Positions 37,079 to 45,896 of a stretch of DNA of 64,000 nt are shown here, one piece after another. A program made the position numbers and the translations under genes. The DNA is taken from the sequence record PX104380.1. One strand, 5' to 3'. Origin of the DNA: a phage. The stretch's first letter is position 1. Every line of letters starts with the position of its first letter. Below the pieces are notes generated by a model that was not told the origin of the DNA, searched no databases, and worked only from the letters and a program-made list of their open reading frames with translations.

Positions 37079-37672
37079 TTATTTCAGAGAATTAATGTAT
37101 TCCTGAACATCGGCAGAGGTAGTTTCAACCCCAGAAATATTGCCATTAAAGGTTTCAACTCGGGCAAGAGTATCTTCAATATCAACCTTAGTCAGTGCTG
37201 CAATTTCAACTACATCATCAGCAGTACTAATTCCAAGTGCATTCGCAGCACGAGTTTCACGGATATATTCCAATTTAACTGCAAGTTCTTGACGAGCATC
37301 ATCTAACTCAACTACTTTCTTGGCGATTTCAATTCGCATTTCAGCATAACCATCAGCTTTAGTAGTCAACTGCTCAGCTGTTCGACGATATAGTAAACCG
37401 AGTTTAGCATGCATTGTTACATCTTGACCTTCAGAAAGGAGCTTGCGAATTTCGCGCTCTTTTGATTCGGCCTGCTTATTCTTTTCGACAATAAGTTCAC
37501 GAATACGCTTTTCTTCGTTAATAGATTTAATGGAAGCAGTTTTTAGGTCTTTAATCTTATCAAGTAGTTTTGCTGCTGCAGCAGTATACTGTTCTTCAAC
37601 AGATAGATTTTTAGCCATAGCAGAACCAAGTTTAGTGCGAATAAACTCAACAATTTTCTTCAGTGTGTTCAT
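37079..37672 (-). CDS. coiled-coil protein (197 aa)
   Basis: Long charged helical sequence. Confidence 0.55.
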   Translation of the reverse strand: MNTLKKIVEFIRTKLGSAMAKNLSVEEQYTAAAAKLLDKIKDLKTASIKSINEEKRIRELIVEKNKQAESKEREIRKLLSEGQDVTMHAKLGLLYRRTAEQLTTKADGYAEMRIEIAKKVVELDDARQELAVKLEYIRETRAANALGISTADDVVEIAALTKVDIEDTLARVETFNGNISGVETTSADVQEYINSLK

Positions 37673-37714
37673 AGTATTTCCTTAGGTTGATTAAAATTAA
37701 AATCCACAGAAAAA

Positions 37715-38248
37715 TTATATCATGCTATTTAAGAGATGTAAACTATTTTTAATTTTACAAATTCGTTCAGCTTCTTCAACAGCGGCAGTGATAATGCTTT
37801 TAGCTATAGGAGTACTAATACTAGTAGCTTTTACACTTAACACGATTTCTTTATCTTTACCAGGCCAACCCCACGATTTTTCACCATGAGTGCCTTTAAT
37901 TACAGCAGACACCTCAAGTGAGCATCCATTATCACATGTTTTTACATTAACAACCCAAGTGTCACTTTTCTCAACCGGTTTATCCCAGTAAATATTAAGA
38001 ATACGTGGGACATCAAATTTAGCAGGGCAAATCTTAACAGTAAGACCTTCGCTTTCTAGCCAATTAATAAGAGGGCGTTCATACATGCGGCGATGTGGGC
38101 TTTGAACTCGACAAGCTTTGTACCCATTGCTTGCGGCTTCACTAAGCTCTTCTAATACCTGCTTTTGCATTATTGATAAGATACCATCAAAAGATTTTTC
38201 GGAAGTTTCATTCAGTTCGGTATAAAGAGACATAACAGTTTTCCTCAA
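37715..38248 (-). CDS. hypothetical protein (177 aa; start may be internal Met)
   Basis: Minus-strand ORF. Confidence 0.5.
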   Translation of the reverse strand: MRKTVMSLYTELNETSEKSFDGILSIMQKQVLEELSEAASNGYKACRVQSPHRRMYERPLINWLESEGLTVKICPAKFDVPRILNIYWDKPVEKSDTWVVNVKTCDNGCSLEVSAVIKGTHGEKSWGWPGKDKEIVLSVKATSISTPIAKSIITAAVEEAERICKIKNSLHLLNSMI

Positions 38249-38289
38249 ATTATAGGCTCATAATATCTCAATCATGAGCCTATGTAAAC

Positions 38290-38565
38290 TTATTTCATAT
38301 TATTGAAATATTCTTCTGCAATTTCGTCGTTATCATGATAAACTTTAGAAGACAGTTTAACATAACCTTCAGCAGTGAACATGTTAATCACAACCTTTAC
38401 AGTATACCACTGACCATCTTCATTACCCATTACTGCGTAAGTTTCAAACATCGGATGATCAGGACCGATAACTTTAATATCATTCACTGTACGACCAAAA
38501 TCTTCTGAAACACATTTCATAAAGAAGTTGAACAGTTCGCCGTAATTATCCATTTCATTCTCCAA
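38290..38565 (-). CDS. hypothetical protein (91 aa)
   Basis: Minus-strand ORF with SD GGAGAA, early promoter upstream. Confidence 0.55.
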   Translation of the reverse strand: MENEMDNYGELFNFFMKCVSEDFGRTVNDIKVIGPDHPMFETYAVMGNEDGQWYTVKVVINMFTAEGYVKLSSKVYHDNDEIAEEYFNNMK

Positions 38566-38596
38566 GTTGTTTTCTGTATCAGTAGTTGATAGTTGT

Positions 38597-38626
38597 ATAG
38601 TACCATAGAAGAACAGGGATGTAAAC
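38597..38626 (-). promoter_or_regulatory. T4 early-type promoter
   Basis: Minus-strand GTTTACATCCCTGTTCTTCTATGGTACTAT + conserved 22-mer. Confidence 0.6.
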
Positions 38627-38760
38627 AGTTTTGTGAAAAATTTTTTAAAAAGTTTTGGGGAATTCTAGGGCAAGGAGGGGAAATTAAAGGATAGGATAAT
38701 ATATTATAAAGGGTAGAAACTAAATGATGCCTAGAGAGGCCTGGAAAGGCCTAGATACCA

Positions 38761-38788
38761 AAAAGCCCCAACCTTTCGGTCGGGGCTA
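38761..38788 (-). terminator. strong rho-independent terminator (10-bp stem, GAAA tetraloop, U5) ending the tRNA/small-RNA transcript
   Basis: Minus-strand AGCCCCGACC-GAAA-GGTTGGGGCU followed by UUUUU. Confidence 0.7.
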
Positions 38789-38789
38789 A

Positions 38790-39096
38790 GCCTTGCGGCA
38801 ACCTTGTCGGGGTTCCACCTGCTAAGGCAAGTGTTTGTACGAAACGCCGGGATTCGAACCCGGTTATTAAGCAGTTGACGCTACTCAATATTTTTAAAAG
38901 GCCATATCTCGACCATATCCGAACGTTCCGTCAAAAACGCTACTCGGCTTACGGCAAAGATATTTCCTCGAATCGATAATTCGGTGCGCCGTTTCTGCTG
39001 TGATGTAAGAGGGCATCAATAAACGCAAGGATTATTAACGCAATTCCTTACTCAGGGAACATCAGTCCGACGACTTACCGGTAGCGACCCGGTTTC
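38790..39096 (-). ncRNA. G+C-rich structured RNA region with a tRNA-like element (acceptor stem + T-arm; about 92 nt unit ending near 38841); likely homolog of T4 small stable RNAs
   Basis: GGTTCGAATCCCGG T-arm and 7-bp acceptor pairing CGGAACG/CGTTTCG; GC content far above flanking DNA; no credible anticodon arm found. Confidence 0.4.
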
Positions 39097-39447
39097 TTAA
39101 TATTCTTTTAAAGCATAAATCTGTTTACGGCGTTCACGCCATAAATCAATTGCTTCATACGCGGATTCAACATTTCGAATTGGACGGCATTTATATAAAG
39201 ATTTGTGATTTTGATATTGCGTAGATAACGGAATTTTATCTAAAAGGTCTTTACGTTCAAAGTATTCGTAACCATCTAAGCCAAATGAACGATTTTTGAG
39301 AAATTGCCAATGACCAAATTCGTTTTGAATATAAATATAATCCGCGTGTTGATAAAGTAAATTAATTTCACGAAATGAGATATGTTTTTCATATTCATTG
39401 AAGTAAAATGTTAAATCATGAACTACTAAATAAACATTACCTTTCAT
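39097..39447 (-). CDS. hypothetical protein within tRNA region (116 aa)
   Basis: Minus-strand ORF between tRNA-Arg and small RNA region. Confidence 0.5.
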   Translation of the reverse strand: MKGNVYLVVHDLTFYFNEYEKHISFREINLLYQHADYIYIQNEFGHWQFLKNRSFGLDGYEYFERKDLLDKIPLSTQYQNHKSLYKCRPIRNVESAYEAIDLWRERRKQIYALKEY

Positions 39448-39465
39448 ATTTTCCTCACTTATAAT

Positions 39466-39541
39466 TGGTCGAGGCAGTAGGGATCGAACCTACGACCTAG
39501 GACTTAGAAGGTCCTTGCTCTTCCTTCTGAGCTATGCCCCG
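39466..39541 (-). tRNA. tRNA-Arg (anticodon UCU)
   Basis: Manual fold: acceptor CGGGGCA/TGCCTCG, anticodon loop CTTCTAA, T-arm GGTTCGATCC, encoded CCA. Confidence 0.85.
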
Positions 39542-39545
39542 TAAT

Positions 39546-39621
39546 TGGGGTGACCGATGGGAGTCGAACCCATGACTACGAGAATCACAATCTCGAGTTC
39601 TACCAACTGAACTACGGCCAC
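39546..39621 (-). tRNA. tRNA-His (anticodon GUG)
   Basis: Manual fold: acceptor GTGGCCG/CGGTCAC, discriminator C73, anticodon loop TTGTGAT. Confidence 0.8.
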
Positions 39622-39735
39622 ATTAATACCTACTCCAACAATCAAGATGTCTTCACACGAAATTAAGAGAAGAGTGATCAGTTCAACCCCTATAATCGCG
39701 TCAAGTAGATATTAATGTGACAGTTGTCACAAATT

Positions 39736-39810
39736 TGGCGGACGTGATAGGATTCGAACCTATAACCAATCGCTTAACAGGCGATCGCTCTGCCATTGAG
39801 CTACACATCC
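39736..39810 (-). tRNA. tRNA-Asn (anticodon GUU)
   Basis: Manual fold: acceptor GGATGTG/CACGTCC, anticodon stem ATCGC/GCGAT, loop CTGTTAA. Confidence 0.8.
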
Positions 39811-39814
39811 AAAT

Positions 39815-39901
39815 TGGTGGGGAGTGGTGGAGTCGAACCACCCGAGTCGCAATGACAATGAATTTACAGTCCACACCGCTACCTCTACGGGATAACTCCC
39901 C
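39815..39901 (-). tRNA. tRNA-Tyr (anticodon GUA), long variable arm
   Basis: Manual fold: acceptor GGGGAGT/ACTCCCC, anticodon loop CTGTAAA, 87 nt. Confidence 0.7.
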
Positions 39902-39910
39902 AAATTAATT

Positions 39911-39985
39911 TGGTGGCCCTGGGTGGAATTGAACCACCATCTGGCGATTATGAGTCGCTTGCTTGAACCTTCCAGCTACAGGGCC
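39911..39985 (-). tRNA. tRNA with CAU anticodon (Ile-lysidine type as in T4, or Met)
   Basis: Manual fold: acceptor GGCCCTG/CAGGGCC, anticodon loop CTCATAA. Confidence 0.75.
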
Positions 39986-39986
39986 T

Positions 39987-40062
39987 TGGTGCTGATTAAC
40001 GGAATCGAACCGCCGACCTTCTCATTACAAGTGAGTTGCTCTACCTACTGAGCTAAATCAGC
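39987..40062 (-). tRNA. tRNA-Thr (anticodon UGU)
   Basis: Manual fold: acceptor GCTGATT/AATCAGC, anticodon loop CTTGTAA. Confidence 0.8.
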
Positions 40063-40067
40063 AAAAC

Positions 40068-40157
40068 TGGCGGAGGTGATAGGATTCGAACCTATGAATC
40101 GCCGGAGCGACTGCCGGTTTTCAAGACCGGTGCATTCAACCACTCTGCCACACCTCC
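40068..40157 (-). tRNA. tRNA-Ser (anticodon UGA), long variable arm
   Basis: Manual fold: acceptor GGAGGTG/CACCTCC, anticodon stem CCGGT/ACCGG, loop CTTGAAA, 90 nt. Confidence 0.8.
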
Positions 40158-40159
40158 AG

Positions 40160-40233
40160 TCTCCATACAAGGATTTGAACCTTGGACCTCCTGATCCCAA
40201 ATCAGGCGCTCTACCAAACTGAGCTACACGGAG
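40160..40233 (-). tRNA. tRNA-Pro (anticodon UGG), 3' CCA not encoded
   Basis: Manual fold: acceptor CTCCGTG/TATGGAG, anticodon stem CCTGA/TCAGG, loop TTTGGGA. Confidence 0.8.
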
Positions 40234-40243
40234 TAAATTAAAT

Positions 40244-40317
<74 letters not shown>

Positions 40318-40322
40318 AAATT

Positions 40323-40409
40323 TGGTGCGAGAAGTGGGACTCGAACCCACAAGGAAATCATTCCGCAGCATTTTAAGTGCTGTGCCTTTACCAATTTGAC
40401 CATTCTCGC
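40323..40409 (-). tRNA. tRNA-Leu (anticodon UAA), long variable arm
   Basis: Manual fold: acceptor GCGAGAA/TTCTCGC, anticodon stem CAGCA/TGCTG, loop CTTAAAA. Confidence 0.85.
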
Positions 40410-40410
40410 G

Positions 40411-40483
40411 CTGGGAATAAAGGACTCGAACCTTTGCATCCTGGAATCAAAATCCAGTGCCTTACCAACTTGGCTAATTCCCA
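40411..40483 (-). tRNA. tRNA-Gln (anticodon UUG), 3' CCA not encoded
   Basis: Manual fold: acceptor TGGGAAT/ATTCCCA (U1-A72), anticodon stem CTGGA/TCCAG, loop TTTTGAT. Confidence 0.85.
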
Positions 40484-40551
40484 ATTATTAACAAAGGCTC
40501 TCAAGCAAGAACCCTTGATGATAGAGGGTATTAATCAGTGCGGTATGAGTT

Positions 40552-40579
40552 AATAATAACAAATAATTCTTAAAGCATA
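40552..40579 (-). promoter_or_regulatory. possible MotA-dependent middle promoter upstream of the tRNA cluster
   Basis: Minus-strand TATGCTTTA box, 13 nt, TATTAT. Confidence 0.4.
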
Positions 40580-40580
40580 T

Positions 40581-40868
40581 TTACCATTTATGATAATACA
40601 TATTTACGATGCACTCAAGACCCAAAGGATTCTTGAAAATATCATATTCAAGAGGACCTTTTTCTGTTTCAATAAAGAAATCAAAATTTACTGTATTAAA
40701 TTTATGGTCTTCCTTCACTAATTTAACTTGAGAAGATGAACGGTCAATGTAAACTTTTTCAACTTCAAAACATGTTAAAATACCATAATCATCAATCAAG
40801 GCTTTAGCTGCTTCTTGATCATATTTATATCCATTTTCAATGGATGATACTTTTGCATAAAGAATCAT
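40581..40868 (-). CDS. hypothetical protein (95 aa)
   Basis: Minus-strand ORF. Confidence 0.5.
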   Translation of the reverse strand: MILYAKVSSIENGYKYDQEAAKALIDDYGILTCFEVEKVYIDRSSSQVKLVKEDHKFNTVNFDFFIETEKGPLEYDIFKNPLGLECIVNMYYHKW

Positions 40869-40871
40869 TAT

Positions 40872-41291
40872 TTACCCTTCATCAACAATAGTATGAGTGT
40901 GGGCATTTACAATTTGCCACCAATCAAAGCGATTAGAACCATACATTGGTTTGTTCTCATTTTCTTTGATAATGTCACGGAGTTCATCTTCGGTAGCGGC
41001 TTTCGCGATTAAATCAGCATACCCACCGCGAGGATAATAATTATCACCCGCAAAAAGTAAAAAGTTCGGTTTAATATTATTGAACTCTTCAAGAGTAATA
41101 ACTTTTCCTGTCGGTTGAACAATCTCTACATATTTATATCCTAATTTTTGAGCAGCATCTACTGCTTCAAGCAGGGTATCATGAGCCCATCCAATTTGGC
41201 AATCTGGCTTTTCAGATGGATTAGCCTGATAATCCGCGTACACTTTATACATTCTATTCACCTTTAGAAATTTTATCCATAACGATAGCAA
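40872..41291 (-). CDS. hypothetical protein (139 aa)
   Basis: Minus-strand ORF. Confidence 0.55.
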   Translation of the reverse strand: MLSLWIKFLKVNRMYKVYADYQANPSEKPDCQIGWAHDTLLEAVDAAQKLGYKYVEIVQPTGKVITLEEFNNIKPNFLLFAGDNYYPRGGYADLIAKAATEDELRDIIKENENKPMYGSNRFDWWQIVNAHTHTIVDEG

Positions 41292-41439
41292 TTAAACCAA
41301 TTAAAAATGCTACTACAAGTGAAAAAACATTTTCTGCTGTAGTCAATAATCCGCATATAAATCCAACAAACATTGAAAAACTAAAAGCAGAAGCAGAAAT
41401 TGCAATAGCAACATTTCGAATTAATTCACAGCGTTTCAT
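41254..41439 (-). CDS. small membrane protein (61 aa)
   Basis: Hydrophobic; SD GAGGAGAATAAA; early promoter upstream. Confidence 0.5.
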   Translation of the reverse strand: MKRCELIRNVAIAISASAFSFSMFVGFICGLLTTAENVFSLVVAFLIGLIAIVMDKISKGE

Positions 41440-41467
41440 TTTATTCTCCTCAGTAGTTGATAGGGTA

Positions 41468-41497
41468 ATAGTATCACAACTAAAACCCTATGTAAAC
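41468..41497 (-). promoter_or_regulatory. T4 early-type promoter
   Basis: Minus-strand GTTTACATAGGGTTTTAGTTGTGATACTAT. Confidence 0.55.
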
Positions 41498-41515
41498 AAC
41501 TTTGTGAAAAATTTA

Positions 41516-41800
41516 TTACAAAAGATTTTTAGCAATAATTTTAAGCTGAGCTACTGAAATATGCTTGGCTTTAAACAAAGCAGTTTCTTCAGCAGGGGAG
41601 ATAACGATTGTAGCACCATCTTTCTTAGCGGACCATCCATCACCCAGGTAAACAGTACCTTTGACTTCTTCGCCATCAACCAGGCTAATCATCGGTTTAC
41701 CTTCACGTCCTTTGTTTGCTTTAATAACTTCAGAAGTAAGGGTCGCTTCAGTCAAAGTAGAAGCGTTAGTGGTTGAAGTGAATTCTTGATAAGTTTTCAT
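41516..41800 (-). CDS. ipI: capsid internal protein (IPI-position), 94 aa with MKTYQEF capsid-targeting sequence
   Basis: N-terminal MKTYQEF; position between tRNA cluster and 57B as T4 ipI; early promoter upstream. Confidence 0.7.
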   Translation of the reverse strand: MKTYQEFTSTTNASTLTEATLTSEVIKANKGREGKPMISLVDGEEVKGTVYLGDGWSAKKDGATIVISPAEETALFKAKHISVAQLKIIAKNLL

Positions 41801-41820
41801 TTTATTTTCCTAATTAATTT

Positions 41821-41850
41821 TGATGAGGTAATAGTATCACTACCTCATCA
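41821..41850 (-). promoter_or_regulatory. T4 early-type promoter upstream of ipI
   Basis: Minus-strand GTTTACATGCTGATGAGGTAGTGATACTAT. Confidence 0.55.
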
Positions 41851-41872
41851 GCATGTAAACAACTTTGTGAAA

Positions 41873-42569
<697 letters not shown>

Positions 42570-42570
<1 letters not shown>

Positions 42571-43295
42571 TATAGTACCTTTAGTGTATTTTTAATTTTA
42601 GAAAAAAGTTCTTCAAGAGAACCATCGTTTGTAATTACTAAATCGCCATCACGAATTGGCAATCCAGCTTCTGTAATATGTGTATCATTGGATTTTTGAC
42701 CAGGACGAACTACATGAATTACTGTAGCACCCATCGCCCTAGCCGCATCCATTTCATGATCTTGACGAGTATCAGGAACGATATAATAATCATAACCTGA
42801 GTTAAATTTATCAAGATAATCTAAAGCAAATAATTTTACCCAGTACATGCGGTCGAAGTTATTAACAATCAAATCCGTACCTAGGGCTTGCATCAGACGA
42901 CGGACTGACCATTGATCTTCAATATTATTTATAACGTCAATAATCTTGTTAAATGCTACGGAATTAACTGATTCTTGTCCTTCGTCATCAAAAACAAACA
43001 CACCCTTAATTGGGCTTTTACCGTTAAGATAGCAAAATGCTTGTTCCATAATCGTGATTACTTCTGATTTAGTCAGATTTAAATTAGTCTCACGATCATA
43101 GTCAATTCCTTCAAACTCTTTACGAGTTAAGCAAGGATAGTCAGTGTTTTCTGCAAATACGCCCCATGCATAAGCCAATGCATCCTTAATAGGACCAGCA
43201 AGTTGGTATTTAACTGCAGAATAATTGCTCATGATAAAATCAGCAGTAGTATCTTTTCCACTACGCTTTACACCGCTTAAAAAGATTAGTTTCAT
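42570..43295 (-). CDS. 1: deoxynucleoside monophosphate kinase gp1 (241 aa from internal Met)
   Basis: P-loop FLSGVKRSGKDT; length from MKLIFLSG start equals T4 gp1. Confidence 0.85.
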
Positions 43296-43344
43296 GTGTT
43301 TCTCCTCAAATTTAATTAAGATTATAACACACAAAACTGAAGCA

Positions 43345-43875
43345 TTAAACTTCCGCTATAATTTTTCCATCTTTTTCTACTTGAAAATACGTATAAGGAA
43401 TCGTTGCTGTACATACTAAAGCCGGGTCTGAATCTTCTGTGTAGCTAAATTCTACTTCAGATAGGTCAGAAACCCAAGGCTTATAAAAATTTATTGACAT
43501 CACGATTTCAGTTTTGCTATTATCTAAAATGTAAAGCGTAATGTATTCAGGACCTGTTTTTTGGGCAGTATTTTCACCTGTAAGATAGTTGCTAGTTCCT
43601 AGCATCCATTCATACATTCCTATCCATGACTTAAGTTCTTCATCAACTATAAATCTCACGATGAGTGGATCGTACTCAAATGTAGCACCTGGACGTTGTG
43701 CTCGGCCCAGTCCAAACGGCCCAGTCACGGTATCGGTAACAGGTATCCTAATTCCAGGAATAGGAACTGACTGAGCATTTAAAGTAAAAGCAGATGTAGT
43801 ATTACTATGTGGTATTGATACTACAAAGTTAGTTGTATTTGCTTGGTTAAAAATTTGTTGCAGTGCTTGCGACAT
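43345..43875 (-). CDS. 3: tail completion/sheath stabiliser gp3 (176 aa from internal Met MSQALQQ)
   Basis: Gene order 1-3-2-4 and length. Confidence 0.75.
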   Translation of the reverse strand: MSQALQQIFNQANTTNFVVSIPHSNTTSAFTLNAQSVPIPGIRIPVTDTVTGPFGLGRAQRPGATFEYDPLIVRFIVDEELKSWIGMYEWMLGTSNYLTGENTAQKTGPEYITLYILDNSKTEIVMSINFYKPWVSDLSEVEFSYTEDSDPALVCTATIPYTYFQVEKDGKIIAEV

Positions 43876-43981
43876 ATATTCCTCATAATGCTTTATAACT
43901 GTTGGTGGTATAATGGGTCTAAGTCCCTTCCATTCAATTCCATTTAGAACAAACAACAGAAAAGAATGGAAGATAATAGAA

Positions 43982-44806
43982 TTAGATATTTGACCAGACT
44001 TTGTTTGCAGAGAAACGTTTTCCTTTTGAAACGAACTGCTGAAGTGGCATTAACACAACGTTCGCCCAGTCTTTCGGGGCGATTTCAACAAGGCTACCCA
44101 TAATATTACCGGGGATATATGCCTTAATCATTTGGTCTGCACCCCTAAATCCTTTCACTTGACTCCAATCAATTTTTAATTTCGTTTTATTAGTAATAGT
44201 AGGTGTATTTGAATATTGCTTTAAAAGCTCTTCTAGAAACTGTTGACGAGCTTTAGGTGGAATATAGTGCAAGTTTAATCCATACATTAAATTATGCTTA
44301 CCTAAACCAAGGTAAATTATTAAAGGAAATTTATCCCAGTAAGGAAGAGTTTCCTTGTGTTTAGCATCATAAGCAAAAGCATATATTCGTCCCGGCTGCG
44401 GGCGAACAACTTTATGTCCTTTTACTTGCTTAATAGTTTCAGCAAACCATTTTCTGGTTTTATTATTAATTGCTGCACCTTCATTACGAATTTTATCGCG
44501 CAATGTTTGTCTGAATGAATTTATCATAAGCAGTTGTCTTTCTTGCTTATTGAGCTTATTCATTGGTTTTGATTCAAGCTTTTGAATCTTTTCAGCTGTT
44601 TTAATTCCTGAAGCATATTTTGACATTGCTGAAGTAAACGTGGAGTATTTGATTCCTCTTTCTTCAGCAAATTGTTTTCCTGTCATTCCTTTTGCTTTGG
44701 CCTTTTTATATTCAAGACCTATTTGAATCCATTTCTTTTCGTTTAATGATTGCTTAACCTTTGGAACTTGGGGAGTGCTTTCATTAATTATTTGAAAAAT
44801 AGCCAT
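43982..44806 (-). CDS. 2: DNA end-protector protein gp2 (274 aa)
   Basis: Gene order and length. Confidence 0.8.
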   Translation of the reverse strand: MAIFQIINESTPQVPKVKQSLNEKKWIQIGLEYKKAKAKGMTGKQFAEERGIKYSTFTSAMSKYASGIKTAEKIQKLESKPMNKLNKQERQLLMINSFRQTLRDKIRNEGAAINNKTRKWFAETIKQVKGHKVVRPQPGRIYAFAYDAKHKETLPYWDKFPLIIYLGLGKHNLMYGLNLHYIPPKARQQFLEELLKQYSNTPTITNKTKLKIDWSQVKGFRGADQMIKAYIPGNIMGSLVEIAPKDWANVVLMPLQQFVSKGKRFSANKVWSNI

Positions 44807-45258
44807 TATGCCCCCTTAAAGCCAAGAGCTCGTAATCCATCTTCTGTTAGAATTCTAAATTTTATTCCACGCTTTTCAGCTAAAGATTGCGCTGCTTTCC
44901 ATTTGTCGGTGTTAACAGACCAGGTATAAATTTCATTCATAAATCTTTTCTTCGCTGCGGTTGTTAGATGCGCCGGTTTAACTGGTGGTTGTGTTTCTTT
45001 TTTAGGTTTTATTTCAATAAAAAATTCTTGTCCAGAAGAATCTTTCATCCAAATATCCATGAAGTATCTACGTTTTTTCCCTTCTGCATTACAAAAATAA
45101 GGAATTACTGCTGTTTCACTACCCCATGCAATAATTTCTGGATTTTTATCTAACCATTCAAAAAAGAATTTTTCCCAATTTGATCTATACGTAATTTTTT
45201 TAGGGTCACCTCTATATTTTGATATATTTTTAGGAACCCATTTTCCAGAATATGCCAT
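44806..45258 (-). CDS. 4: head completion protein gp4 (150 aa)
   Basis: Gene order and length; divergent late promoter upstream. Confidence 0.8.
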   Translation of the reverse strand: MAYSGKWVPKNISKYRGDPKKITYRSNWEKFFFEWLDKNPEIIAWGSETAVIPYFCNAEGKKRRYFMDIWMKDSSGQEFFIEIKPKKETQPPVKPAHLTTAAKKRFMNEIYTWSVNTDKWKAAQSLAEKRGIKFRILTEDGLRALGFKGA

Positions 45259-45269
45259 TGGATTCTCCT

Positions 45270-45277
45270 TATAAATA
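45270..45277 (+). promoter_or_regulatory. late promoter TATAAATA for gene 53
   Basis: tataaata about 28 nt upstream of gene 53 ATG. Confidence 0.6.
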
Positions 45278-45284
45278 GATAATA

Positions 45285-45292
45285 TATTTATA
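45285..45292 (-). promoter_or_regulatory. late promoter TATAAATA for gene 4
   Basis: Plus-strand tatttata in the gene 4/53 intergenic region. Confidence 0.6.
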
Positions 45293-45305
45293 AACAGGAG
45301 GGCCC

Positions 45306-45896
45306 ATGCTCTTTACATTTTTTGATCCGATTGAATATGCGGCCAAAACGGTGAATAAAAACGCGCCGACTATTCCTATGACAGATATTTTTAGAAACTA
45401 TAAAGACTATTTTAAACGCGCTCTTGCGGGATACCGCTTACGTACTTATTATATTAAAGGTTCACCACGCCCGGAAGAATTAGCAAATACTATATATGGA
45501 AATCCACAGTTGTATTGGGTTTTATTGATGTGTAATGATAATTATGACCCGTATTATGGATGGATTACTTCGCAAGAAGCTGCTTATCAAGCATCTATAC
45601 AAAAATACAAAAACGTAGGTGGAGACCAAATAGTATATCATGTGAATGAGAACGGTGAAAAATTTTATAATTTAATATCATACGATGATAATCCATATGT
45701 TTGGTATGACAAAGGTGATAAAGCTAGAAAATATCCTCAATATGAAGGAGCACTTGCTGCTGTTAATACGTATGAAGCTGCTGTTCTTGAAAATGAAAAA
45801 CTTCGTCAAATAAAAATAATAGCAAAATCAGACATCAATTCATTTATGAACGACCTTATACGTATAATGGAGAAATCTTATGGAAATGATAAGTAA
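45306..45896 (+). CDS. 53: baseplate wedge protein gp53 (196 aa)
   Basis: Gene order and length. Confidence 0.85.
   Translation: MLFTFFDPIEYAAKTVNKNAPTIPMTDIFRNYKDYFKRALAGYRLRTYYIKGSPRPEELANTIYGNPQLYWVLLMCNDNYDPYYGWITSQEAAYQASIQKYKNVGGDQIVYHVNENGEKFYNLISYDDNPYVWYDKGDKARKYPQYEGALAAVNTYEAAVLENEKLRQIKIIAKSDINSFMNDLIRIMEKSYGNDK

Noticed and set aside
37079-37672. Possible PspA/IM30-like protein
   Set aside because: Similarity is only general coiled-coil character; no specific motif could be matched from memory, so it is called only a coiled-coil protein.
39717-39908. 63-aa plus-strand ORF and the 82-86 aa ORFs at 40224-40491
   Set aside because: They overlap the tRNA genes; the reading frames are by-products of tRNA sequence.
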